Made by a program: the position numbers and the translations under genes. Positions 50,945 through 60,371 of a stretch of 64,000 nucleotides of DNA are shown here, piece by piece. The notes below the pieces were generated by a model. That model ran no database searches, had not been told where the DNA came from, and saw only the letters and a list, made by a program, of their open reading frames with translations. The first letter of the stretch is position 1; each line of letters opens with the position of its first letter. Source of the DNA: a virus (taxonomy: Duplodnaviria; Caudoviricetes). The stretch lies in the IMG/VR virus record IMGVR_UViG_3300044878_000218, positions 23,517-87,516 of that record; one strand, 5' to 3'.

Positions 50945-51661
50945 TCATACCCGACCCCCGTCTTCGTCGAACTCGACCTCGTTGGCTTCCAGCGCTTCCT
51001 TGATCTGCTCATCGCTGGTCAGCCAGTCGTACTCGTCTTCCAGGCGCTTGTAGATCCAGTCCATGAAGTCACGGAGCAGCTGCTTGATGTCGTCCTCGGC
51101 GTCCCCGATGTCGCGGTACAGCGACTCGCAATCGTTGACCTCGATGCGGGTGCAGCCGCTGTGGTTGTAGTGGCCGGACTGGACGACCTTGGCTTCCAGG
51201 CGGTAGAAGTGCTTGCGCTGGACCGCCGTGAGTTCCTTGGCAATGCGGTGCAGCTCGGCGTTGTTCGGCAGGTCGACCCACTTCTTGGTCTCTTGGTCCT
51301 TGTACCGCGCCGGTGCCGCCGACTTCAGGGCCTTGAGCGCACCCTTCTTGTAGCTGTAGGAGCCTTCGAAGCAGGCACCGTCGCCCTGGCTGCTGAAGCC
51401 GCTGAAGAAGATACACGGCTGGCTGCTTCCCCTCCGGCAGTCGATGTCGATGCCGAGCTCCGTCGCCATATTCACAGCATCGTCGTAGACCGCCTCCCAC
51501 CAGCCGTGGTCGGTGTTGTAGTCGTAATGCTTCTGCAGCGCATAGGCTTGGGCCGTCTCGCTAAGCTGGTCGAACTTGTAAACCTTGGTTTCGATAGTGC
51601 GGTGTGATAGTCCCATGATGTCTCCGTTCTTCTGTTTCAGATGGCTCAAGTGACAAGGCAC
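50945..51661 (-). CDS. Conserved phage/ICE hypothetical protein (SGFSSQGDGACF family)
   Basis: VYKFD.LSE.A, WW..VYDD, FSGF.SQGDGACF, WIY..LE.EYDWLTSDE. Confidence 0.6.
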   Translation of the reverse strand: MPCHLSHLKQKNGDIMGLSHRTIETKVYKFDQLSETAQAYALQKHYDYNTDHGWWEAVYDDAVNMATELGIDIDCRRGSSQPCIFFSGFSSQGDGACFEGSYSYKKGALKALKSAAPARYKDQETKKWVDLPNNAELHRIAKELTAVQRKHFYRLEAKVVQSGHYNHSGCTRIEVNDCESLYRDIGDAEDDIKQLLRDFMDWIYKRLEDEYDWLTSDEQIKEALEANEVEFDEDGGRV

Positions 51662-52412
51662 TCAACGAGTGCCCTGCCTTGAATCAACTGCGCTTTCTGA
51701 AATGCCACCAGGCTGCGGCGGCTGCGGCCAGTACCGCTACCACCATCACCAGCAGGCCGATGATGAAGCCCCAGGCCTTGATGATGATGTAGACGCTGGC
51801 GCCGATCACCACGACCTGCCTAACTCGTTTCCACGGGATCATCGTCTTCCTCCTCGCTGTCGAACAAAATGTTGCCCACCGTGATCAGTGCCACCGGCTC
51901 ACCTTCAGTGGTGTAGCGGCCGAGCAGCGCTTCCTGATCGCCGATCGCCGGGATGTCATCCCCGTTCTCGTCGGTCAGCAGCAGGTATTCACCACTTGGC
52001 AGGTCCTTGATCAGGGCCATGCAGCCGCCGCCGGTGTGGTACTCCTCGAACCCGTATTTTCGCGGGTCGATGTGGAACCGGCTGCACTCCGACTGCATCG
52101 GGTCGCGGATCTGGTAGCCCTCATGCTCGAAGGACAGCAGGTCAGGGTCGTACTGCCGTAGCTCCGTGGTGCCGTCAGGCAGGTAGAAGGTCATCGGCGT
52201 TTTGAGTTTCTTCAACGTCATCGTCGTCCTCCTCGATCAGTTCGGCCTCGGTCACTTCGACCTCATGGATGGGGGTTTCCGGCTCGATCTGCCAGTCACC
52301 AGGGTCACTCGGCGCCTTGGACTTGGCGAAGACCTCCGCCTGTTCCTTGTTCTCGGCCTCGATCTCCACCTGCAGGTACATCGTGGCCAGCGCCATCATG
52401 GTTACGTTGAAC

Positions 52413-52640
52413 TTAGGCATGCGCCCTCCTTGTGCTGATCCAGTTGAACATCCGCCGCAAGACATAGCTGCGGGCCATGCTGACGATGGTGAAGATCGCC
52501 ACGATGGCCATGTTGCTGTGCAGCGGCAGGTCATACCCAAACAGCGGGAAGACAATGCCCTGCACCAGCACCGACAGCCAGAAGCCGACGATCATGTTGA
52601 TGGTGGTCTCGGCCAGGCTGCCGAGGCGTGTCTGGCTCAA
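52413..52640 (-). CDS. Small phage membrane protein
   Basis: QTRLGSL.E...N...G, two TM segments, RSY.LRR.FN; TTG start after GGAGG. Confidence 0.65.
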   Translation of the reverse strand: MSQTRLGSLAETTINMIVGFWLSVLVQGIVFPLFGYDLPLHSNMAIVAIFTIVSMARSYVLRRMFNWISTRRAHA

Positions 52641-54631
52641 GTAGCCTCCTTGTATTTCCACTGGAGGCGGAACGGGATAGGTACTCCCGGGTATCGCCAG
52701 ACCTTTTTGGCCGGACGGCGGCTGCATTGTCGATAGCTAGGCACTCAATCCTCCCGAAGCGCCTTGAGCGCTTCCTTCAAATCCAGAATCAGCTGGTCAG
52801 CCTCTTCCGGGTTGATCCCCAGTCGCCCGACCTTCTTCAGGTGCAGGATGACGCAGGGATCTCGCATGTAGTTGGCGGTCACCACCACCCGCCGGGGTTC
52901 GTCCGACGGGCCATGGATGGTCAGGGAACGTCCTTTCAATTTGCACATGTCACACCTCGGTTTGAAGGCGCTCCCTGCGTTCGATTGCGTGGGACAGCTT
53001 GGCGATCTGTGGCGCCCGGCGGGTAGCGAAGTGCCAATTCACTCGGCCCGCCTTCCAGCGCTGCAGATCATCTTGGTACTTGCGGTACTCGCGGCGCAGC
53101 TGCCACTTGAGGAACCAGAGAATCATGCCGGCACCTCCGGGTAGGTCTCCGCCAGGGCTTCGAGGATGGACTCATCCGAAGGGCTGCCCTGCTGGTGGAA
53201 GAAGCGGAAGTCGAAGCCCAGCGCATCGTCCCAGCAGGCCACCGAGTCCTCGTTGTAGGCCCACCGTTCACCGCGGAACTCGACCTGGGTCCAGCCATCC
53301 TCGTCGATACCTCGGACCGGGATACCGAAGGCACACAGCAGGTCACGGATGTTCTGCGTGGTGTCCGAGTCCCACTCCTTGCCGTCCAGCTCGCCGTGGA
53401 TGCCGGCCAGGCATTCCAGCAGTTCAGCGATCCGCTTGTACTGCTTGCGGTCGATCAAGATAGCCTTGGCTGCCGCGACCTGATCCATGAGGCTGGCCAG
53501 ATAGGGCAGCGAGACGATGACCTTCTCGGCCTCGGCCTGGGTGGTGTAGAGCTTGTGGACGTCGCTGTGTGACATAGACGTCGGCACCACCCGCTGGGTG
53601 GCTTCGTTTATGTAGTAGTGCATCGGGCCTCCAGCTTGCGCAGTTTCTCGGCGCGGCGTAGTCGTTTGGCGGTAGCGTCGTGCAACCGCATCAGGTCGTC
53701 GTCGGTGAGTGGCTTCGACACCTTTTCTTTAGGGGGCATCTCACCAAGCGCTTCCAGCAATCCTCGCGGTGCGACGGACAACCCGGCGGCTATAAGTACG
53801 ATAGGGTTCACGGTCCAATCTCCGGGTTGGGGTAGCTGAACACCAGACACTCGATGACATACGCCGAGCTGGTGGGCGGGGCGTGTTGTTTGGTGCCGTC
53901 CTTGAACAGCTGCCAACCCTTAATGACCGCCTTGAGGGTCACGACGTCGCCGTTGTTCATCAGGATCTCGACGCCGTCGGCGACATGGCCTCTCATCGAG
54001 TGGAACTCGTCTTGCTTGACTCGGGTGCTCATACGTCACCTCCCAGCAGTTTCATCAGGGATGGGCTGCTCCGGACCAGGTCCGAATACTCCAGCTCCAC
54101 TCGGTTTTTCGGGCGGACATGAAGAACCCCGATCTGGAAGCCGATGTCAGTGCTGGCGAACTCGACGACGTCGCCGACCTCGCCAGTCTGCAAGGCCAGC
54201 TGGACGGCACGCGGCATGGCCGTGTCCATCCAGCTGTAGTAGCGGGTCCAGATCTTTTCTTTCTTCTTGCCGCGATACAACGTGGCGCTGATAGCTCGAC
54301 TCATATGTTGCTCACTTTCTGGAGTTTCATTTCTTCAGCTTCCCGGGCCAGCCAAACCCTGAGCAGCGCATAGGCCAGGGTCTCGCTGGGGAACTTGTTG
54401 CTGCCATAGCTGCGCACCTCGTCGTCCTCGATGTGCTTCATGGCGTCCACCACCAGACGGGTGAACGTCTGGTGGATGTGGGTGCCGATGTACTCGTAGT
54501 GGTGGAAGCGCTGGCGCCGCTTGAATGCGGTGTGCGCTTCCACCCAGCTGTTCAACGTGTCGTCGACGATGTTGAAGCAGATGTCGAGCAGTTCGGCATT
54601 GCCGTCGCTCGGCCAGTTGGTGTGACTGACG

Positions 54632-55450
54632 TCACTTGCTCGCAGTTGTGTCAGGTACATGTTCAGGCTCCCACAGAAGGCATCCGGTGGCGGCGATGTC
54701 GGCCTTGAAGTCCAACATCAGTTGAGGGGCGCGGGCTTCCAGCAGCGCTGTCAGCTCTTCCCGTGGCAGGCTCAGCTGCTCCTCCGTGGCTTCCGGCCAC
54801 ATGGCACAGCGGCGGGCTGCGTCAAAGTCGCGTTCCTTGCCTTCGCCGTGTTTCCAGGTCGGCTCCCAAAACAGGCGAGGGATGGCGACCGGCAGGGTCT
54901 TCGAGTCATACATGTCCTGCAGCCGGTACAGAGGCAGGTTGGTGATGTCCTCGTCATCGCTCAAAGGCGTTTTCAATGCACATCCGGTGGCATCAGCACG
55001 CAGGCTCCAGACCGGGTCCTTGGTGCGACCGTTGATGATCTGGCGCTTCTCGCCCTTGAGCAGGCCGTTGTGGTCCCGATTACCTGCAAGGTAGGTGGAG
55101 TTGGCGATGTAGTGCATGCCGCCAGCGCTGCTCATGAAGTGCCAGCGGATCAGGTGTTTCAGCTCGGGGAAGGCCTTCTCGATCATGTCGTGGATGCAGC
55201 CTCCCACGTCCCAGTCCCGGCTCTTCCAGACACCTTCCCAGCCGTGGCCGGTGACGGCGAAACTGTTGTGGCCGTTGCCACAGTTGTCGTCGAAGCGCAC
55301 CTCGGCGTGAAGCAGCCACTTGGTGCCGTCGATGGTCTTGGTGCGGCGCTCGCTGAGCCAGGTCTGGTGCAGGAACAGGCCGGGTTTACCTTGCTTTGGT
55401 ACGACGGTCAGGCGGCCAGGTACGCCACACAGGGTTGCTTGAGTTTCCAT
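54632..55450 (-). CDS. Hypothetical protein (paralogue A)
   Basis: FDDNCGNGHNSF, GGCIHD, PELKHL..WH, WPEA. Confidence 0.65.
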   Translation of the reverse strand: METQATLCGVPGRLTVVPKQGKPGLFLHQTWLSERRTKTIDGTKWLLHAEVRFDDNCGNGHNSFAVTGHGWEGVWKSRDWDVGGCIHDMIEKAFPELKHLIRWHFMSSAGGMHYIANSTYLAGNRDHNGLLKGEKRQIINGRTKDPVWSLRADATGCALKTPLSDDEDITNLPLYRLQDMYDSKTLPVAIPRLFWEPTWKHGEGKERDFDAARRCAMWPEATEEQLSLPREELTALLEARAPQLMLDFKADIAATGCLLWEPEHVPDTTASK

Positions 55451-55469
55451 TTCTTAGTCCTTTTGGGTG

Positions 55470-55485
55470 TGTTCCACGTGGAACA
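55470..55485. other. parS: parS site 1 (TGTTCCACGTGGAACA)
   Basis: Perfect 16-bp palindrome matching the Pseudomonas chromosomal ParB site; intergenic. Confidence 0.85.
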
Positions 55486-55486
55486 T

Positions 55487-56020
55487 TTAGGGGTGAAGTT
55501 TCAGGCCGGTGGCGGCGAGGTCGCTGCGGAACTGTTCCTGCATGGCCGGGAGGCGGGCGATCAGGGCCTTCTCCAGTTCGCCGCGCGGCCCGGTGAGCAG
55601 TTCCTCCGGGGCGTCGGGCCACAGGCAGTTCTCCCGGGCCAGGTCCAGCTGACCGTGCTCGGCGCGGAAGACCGTGTTCTCGATGTAGTACATCGGCACC
55701 CCGTCTTCACACAGGTGCCACTTGGCCAGGTGCTTGATCTCCGGCCAGAACTTCATCTCGTCTCGGTCCACCAGCGGGCCGCTGGTGCCGCCGAAGTTAA
55801 AGCGCATGCCGAAGTGATTGCTGGTGTTGCTCGGGTGGCCACGTTCGTAGTCAATGACGATGTCGAACACGCCGCCCGGCTTGAACTCGCGGCGGGCAAA
55901 GAATTCCTGCCGTGCCCACAGGCCGTTGGGGCCTGCCTCTTGGATCAGGTAGCCGGGGATGCCCAGCAGGGTGTGAGGTTTTGCTTTGACCTTGTCTTCG
56001 GCCTTCATCCAATAGTTCAT
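55487..56020 (-). CDS. Hypothetical protein (paralogue B)
   Basis: PEIKHLAKWH, WPDA..E.L..PR.EL shared with 54632-55450. Confidence 0.65.
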   Translation of the reverse strand: MNYWMKAEDKVKAKPHTLLGIPGYLIQEAGPNGLWARQEFFARREFKPGGVFDIVIDYERGHPSNTSNHFGMRFNFGGTSGPLVDRDEMKFWPEIKHLAKWHLCEDGVPMYYIENTVFRAEHGQLDLARENCLWPDAPEELLTGPRGELEKALIARLPAMQEQFRSDLAATGLKLHP

Positions 56021-56391
56021 ACGTCCTCCTCGATGAACACAAAGAAGGCGTACACGCTTTCCTGGCCATCGTCGTCTTCGTTGTCGGGTTCGAGGTCGAG
56101 GAACAGCTGGCGCTCCTCGGGGTCGGCCGGTTCGACTTCAACTACCCCGGTATGCGCCGGCTTGGCGGTGATGTCGCTGACGGCCCGTTTGGCCGCCTCC
56201 CACCACTCATCGCTGAGGTCGTCGGCGATGACCCTTCCCGCAACCGCGCCTTCATTCAGCTCGCTGTGCAGGGATTGTTTCAGCTCCTTGAGGGTCATGC
56301 CGTTCCAGACGATGACTTGGATGTGAGGTAGATGGTGGCCTCCCCAGTAGCTGGGGAGGCAGGTGTCGGCGTGTGCGGCGGTGAGTTTCAT
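56017..56391 (-). CDS. Hypothetical protein
   Basis: DTCLPSYWGGHH N-terminus; GGAG RBS. Confidence 0.6.
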   Translation of the reverse strand: MKLTAAHADTCLPSYWGGHHLPHIQVIVWNGMTLKELKQSLHSELNEGAVAGRVIADDLSDEWWEAAKRAVSDITAKPAHTGVVEVEPADPEERQLFLDLEPDNEDDDGQESVYAFFVFIEEDV

Positions 56392-56409
56392 ATTGGCTCC
56401 GAGGTACGG

Positions 56410-56425
56410 TGTTCCACGTGGAACA
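56410..56425. other. parS: parS site 2 (TGTTCCACGTGGAACA)
   Basis: Perfect palindrome, intergenic. Confidence 0.85.
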
Positions 56426-56426
56426 T

Positions 56427-56684
56427 TTAGGCTTTGATCAGCAGGGCATCGGCTTCGCCGCGAGACTTGAGGTCCAGGGTCTCGCTATAGCCTTGGCAGA
56501 TCACGCCGTTGGTGAAGCCGGCGCTGACCGGCGTCTTGTAGTGGCGTTCCCAGTCGTTCGGGTTGCCGTTCTTGAACGACTTCAGGTGATTGACCGTGTC
56601 GGCCATGTCGCTGTGGTGGTAACGGGAAGGGAACATGAAGATCTCTTCGGTGCCTTCTTCGTTCTTGGTGACGATGTATTTCAC
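56427..56684 (-). CDS. Hypothetical protein
   Basis: GTG start (MKYIV) after AAGGAG; VSAGF...C.G.SETL.L.SR. Confidence 0.6.
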   Translation of the reverse strand: MKYIVTKNEEGTEEIFMFPSRYHHSDMADTVNHLKSFKNGNPNDWERHYKTPVSAGFTNGVICQGYSETLDLKSRGEADALLIKA

Positions 56685-56700
56685 GGTGACTCCTTGGTTG

Positions 56701-56716
56701 TGTTCCACGTGGAACA
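56701..56716. other. parS: parS site 3 (TGTTCCACGTGGAACA)
   Basis: Perfect palindrome, intergenic. Confidence 0.85.
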
Positions 56717-56918
56717 TTTGATTAATCGTCGGCTTCGGCGCCGCAGTGGATGCACTCGCCGTCTTCCATCTCATGCTCACAGCTGACTTCGAGCATGTCG
56801 GCTTGTTGCTGCACCTGGTCGAGATGATCGAGCAGCTGCAGGGTGTGCTCAGGGCCGAGCCAGCCGCCGTTCTTGGCGCCTTGGCGGATGTCGGCTATGA
56901 CTTTGCGGCTGAGTCGGC

Positions 56919-57218
56919 TCATGAATCCTCCGGTGTTCCACGTGGAACAATTTGCAGATCCGCCTTGGCTTTGCGTTCCAGCCGGCGGGCAATGAGTTTG
57001 GCCATCTCCTCCGGCGTGGTGCCGAAGCGCTCGGCCAGTTCGCCCAGGACCTTGCGCAGTTCGGTGGACAGGGCTTTCACCCGTTCCACCTGCGCCTTGT
57101 GGGCGGGGCTGGCGAGGTGCTGGTTCAACCGCACCTCGGCCATCTCCATCTCGTAGGCCAAAGTGCCGGGCAGGTTCTGGATCTGCGGTTCGCTGGGTTT
57201 GCGTCCGGTGGGTGTCAT
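56919..57218 (-). CDS. Hypothetical coiled-coil protein
   Basis: ORF whose 3' end carries parS site 4. Confidence 0.55.
   Translation of the reverse strand: MTPTGRKPSEPQIQNLPGTLAYEMEMAEVRLNQHLASPAHKAQVERVKALSTELRKVLGELAERFGTTPEEMAKLIARRLERKAKADLQIVPRGTPEDS
56934..56949. other. parS: parS site 4 (TGTTCCACGTGGAACA)
   Basis: Perfect palindrome in the last codons of ORF 56919-57218, just upstream of the next RBS. Confidence 0.85.
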
Positions 57219-57462
57219 GGTCGGGCCTTCGAGCCGAACAGCACCAGCTGGTCGACCTTGGTGAGTTTGGCCATGGCTTCACGCTTGGCGGCGTCCAGAT
57301 CGAGCACAATTGGCTCGATGCGGTAGCGGCTGTCGTGGCCGTATTTGAGGGTCATGGCCTGCTTCTCGAAGGAGGCGTTGACCACGGTGCCGCCCTTGTC
57401 GTTGAAGTCCCGACCATCCTCGCCACCCGGCTGGGTGACGACTCGGTAGATGATGACGTCGG

Positions 57463-57828
57463 TCATAGCCGCTCCAGTTTGCCCTTGAAGGACACGTCGA
57501 TCCGCAGTGGGCGGGATTCGTAGAAGAAGATCCCGTTGCAATACGGGCACTCGGCCAGGCTGTCCCACATCTCGCCGCTGCCTTTGGCGGGGCGCCGGGC
57601 CTTGAGGCGGTGGTCACAGTCCGGGTTGGGGCAGTCGAATTCGTGGTGATCCAGCATGTGGTTACGCTGCCAGTAGGCTTCGTAGCGCTGGGCCATGGTT
57701 TCTTCAACGACCGGGACCTCGACCACTTCCGGCTCCACTGGCTGCTTCCAGCCGCAGGAACAATCGTGGCACTCGCCGTCGCCGGCCATGAGGTAGTTAT
57801 TGCACTCTCGACAGTAGAGGCTCTTCAT
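57463..57828 (-). CDS. Cys-rich zinc-ribbon protein
   Basis: CREC, C.DCSCG, CPNPDC, CPYC. Confidence 0.55.
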   Translation of the reverse strand: MKSLYCRECNNYLMAGDGECHDCSCGWKQPVEPEVVEVPVVEETMAQRYEAYWQRNHMLDHHEFDCPNPDCDHRLKARRPAKGSGEMWDSLAECPYCNGIFFYESRPLRIDVSFKGKLERL

Positions 57829-58132
57829 AGAGGGAGTCCTTGTATTCGTTGGCGGCCGTGGTCAGCGTGGTGCGGGCCATGTTCAGCTTGCGGCAGATCA
57901 CCTTCCACGCCACCTTCTGCTCGCGCAGTTCGTAGGCCTGCTTTCCTATCGCACCTGTGGCGCGCTTGGTGCTGCCTGGCTTGCGAGGGGTGATGCCGTT
58001 GCGGTGCAGGTAATTGATGATGGTGGCGCGGTTCACAAAGTAGACCTCGGCCAGTTCGGGGCTGGTCTCGCCGGCCACGTACCGCGCCACCATCTCGGCT
58101 TCCTTTTCCGGGGAGAGGACGTATTTAGCCAC
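57797..58132 (-). CDS. Double helix-turn-helix DNA-binding protein
   Basis: Y.AGETSPELAEVYFVNRATIINYL and WKVICRKLNMARTTL. Confidence 0.7.
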   Translation of the reverse strand: MAKYVLSPEKEAEMVARYVAGETSPELAEVYFVNRATIINYLHRNGITPRKPGSTKRATGAIGKQAYELREQKVAWKVICRKLNMARTTLTTAANEYKDSLYEEPLLSRVQ

Positions 58133-58679
58133 GCTGTACCTCGCGGAAACCGTCCAGTCCGTCGTTGTCGTAGGACAGGTTCTTCTGCGGGACCGCCTCC
58201 GGCGGGGTCGGCTGATGCACCGGGCGCTGAGGCGGATTTTCCAACTTGGCGATCAGCGCCTTGTTGTCGGCGGTCAGGATGTCGCGCTCTTCTCGCAAGG
58301 TCAGACTCTCGAGAATGTTCAGGCAGTCCTGAAAGCTGTAACCGATGTTGAAGTGCTGGCGGATTATCTGCACCAGCTGCTGTTCTGAGGTGATGTTGAT
58401 GTTCATGTCCGCTCCTCGTTCTGCACCTTGTTGTAGACCCACTCCCAGTAGCCGAGCTGGGTCTCTTCGTCCGACACCTCGGTGCGCCAGTCCTCGCGGG
58501 ACCAGTCGGGGCATTCGCCCCAGCGCTCGCAGCCGGTGTACTTGTCTTCCAGTTCCAGCACCGTCAACTCATGGTTGGCGCGCGGGTCGAGGATGCTGAT
58601 GGCCTCGTCCAAGGCCTCTCGGTGGCGCAGGTTGAGGGTTAGTTGGCGCAGCTCGCTGAGCTTGCCGGTCAGGGTGGGT

Positions 58680-59843
58680 TCAGCCATGGTTGCGCATCCT
58701 TTCACGGAGGTAGAAGAACAGTTCGTTGCGGTCGGCGTGGTCGACGTCGACGTTCTCGATGAACCACCAGAGCGCGTTGGTCAGGTGCAAGTCATCAAGT
58801 ATGGCTTTGGACTGTTCGAAGGTGGAGGATTTATCGCTAACTTGCGACCTTTCCCACTGCTTGCGGTGCTCCCAGGCCTCGTTGACCAAGGCTGACAGCT
58901 CGACCCGGTCGCTGGTGGTGACCTTGCCGTTCGGCGCCGTCCACCGGCCGCGCTCGAAGACGTAGCCCAGGGCTTGCAGGGTCTTGAGGCGGGCTCCAGG
59001 GCCGGCGAACCCTTGCAGTTCCATCAGTTGCTGCGAGGTGTAGCCCTCGAACATGGACATGTCCACCGTCACCTCCGCTGCCACGGCCTTGTCGATGATC
59101 TCTTGCATCTTCAGGGCGGGCGCCTTGAACTCGCCGAGGTAGTGGTCGAGGGCGTTCATCAGCAGGTCGCCGTGAGTGCCTGCGATGGACTTGGTCAGGG
59201 CGCTGACCGTGCCGTCGGCCTTGGTGCGCAAACTCCAGGTGGAGCCAGCGAAGGTGTAGCCCGCCTCGGTCAGCAGCTTTTCGACGCCGACGGTGCCGAC
59301 CACCCTGATCAGGTCGCGAGGCTTGGCGTAGTCAAGGTGGTTGGCCGGGCTGCGGTAGATGCCCGGGTCAGCGGCGACCTTGGCCTCTGCCTTCTCATGG
59401 GTGCGCTTGGCATCACGCCAGGCAGCGTCCTCGGTGGGGAACAGCGGGCTGGTGCGATGGCCTCGGGTGTAGCGCCAGTAGAAGGCCGGACCTTCACCGA
59501 AGGACTCAACCTTGAACCCGAGTCGGGTCAAGGCGCTGATGACCTCGGACAGGCCGAGGTAGCGCCAGTAGGCGGCCTTGATCGCTTCGTCGAGGCTGGT
59601 GAAGTGCGCCGCCCGGCCATAATCGTGGTGCTCCCACACCCACACCGTCCCGTCTTCGAGCGGTTCATAGTCGAAGACGAAACCTTCAGCGTCGAGGAGG
59701 ACAAGATGGGGAGGGATCTGGCGCTCCTCGATACCGAACTGCTTGCGGTTCTCGAAGATCTGCTGCGGGACAGCGTGTTTCTTTCTCTGGTTGTGGAAGA
59801 TAACAGCCTTGATGGTGCGGTCTGACGTGAGGAACACGGTCAT
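58680..59843 (-). CDS. Hypothetical modular protein
   Basis: Likely start MTVFLTS at 59843 after AGGA. Confidence 0.55.
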   Translation of the reverse strand: MTVFLTSDRTIKAVIFHNQRKKHAVPQQIFENRKQFGIEERQIPPHLVLLDAEGFVFDYEPLEDGTVWVWEHHDYGRAAHFTSLDEAIKAAYWRYLGLSEVISALTRLGFKVESFGEGPAFYWRYTRGHRTSPLFPTEDAAWRDAKRTHEKAEAKVAADPGIYRSPANHLDYAKPRDLIRVVGTVGVEKLLTEAGYTFAGSTWSLRTKADGTVSALTKSIAGTHGDLLMNALDHYLGEFKAPALKMQEIIDKAVAAEVTVDMSMFEGYTSQQLMELQGFAGPGARLKTLQALGYVFERGRWTAPNGKVTTSDRVELSALVNEAWEHRKQWERSQVSDKSSTFEQSKAILDDLHLTNALWWFIENVDVDHADRNELFFYLRERMRNHG

Positions 59844-60371
59844 AATTCTTAGTCCTAAATGGCAAGTAACTCGTTGTTTTGATGGGTTATTTGGGGAAAA
59901 TTGCGGGGGTAGCCGGTCCACAGATCGCGGGCCTTGTTGTCGAAGCCGTACATGCGCTGCACCCGCCACCTGATCCAGATCCGCGCTTCGAGGATGTTGT
60001 CGAAGCGCTTGTAGATGGTTGGCAGGCTGAGGTACGTGGCGTGGGCGTTGGACTTGATGCCCAGGCCGAGGAACACGGCGATCGCCGCCTCCGCTGCGTA
60101 GTAGTCCTGATAGTCGTCGCCCATGCGGTACTGGATAAAGCCCTTGCGGTTCCACGACAGGCCCACCGCATTGAAGCGCGGGTCGTGGCAGGCGAAGTAC
60201 CGGATCAGTTCTTCCAGCATCTCGGGACCGTGCAGGGTGTCGTCGTGCTGCCCGAGGTAGACCTCGTCGAATAGGCAGTCGAGCATCGTCCAGTGGATAC
60301 GCACCTGTTCAGGGGAAGGAAATCGCATACGTCACCCATTCGTGGGGATTAGTTGGGGAACTACACCCACC

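Larger units (their letters stand above)
45958..60328 (-). other. Early/accessory region of several dozen short ORFs, mostly hypothetical (host-takeover/anti-defence type)
   Basis: Dense, co-oriented small ORFs with RBSs and coupled ATGA junctions. Confidence 0.7.

Noticed and set aside
55470-56949. Repeated palindrome as a CRISPR array or integron attC array
   Set aside because: Repeats are only 16 bp with irregular 233-940 bp spacing containing whole genes; no cas or intI; the sequence matches parS exactly
9995-59856. Recurrent TAGTCCT(T) near gene starts (e.g. ~9996, 20766, 29722, 35685, 55455, 59850)
   Set aside because: Reverse complement (A)AGGACTA is simply the Shine-Dalgarno region of - strand genes
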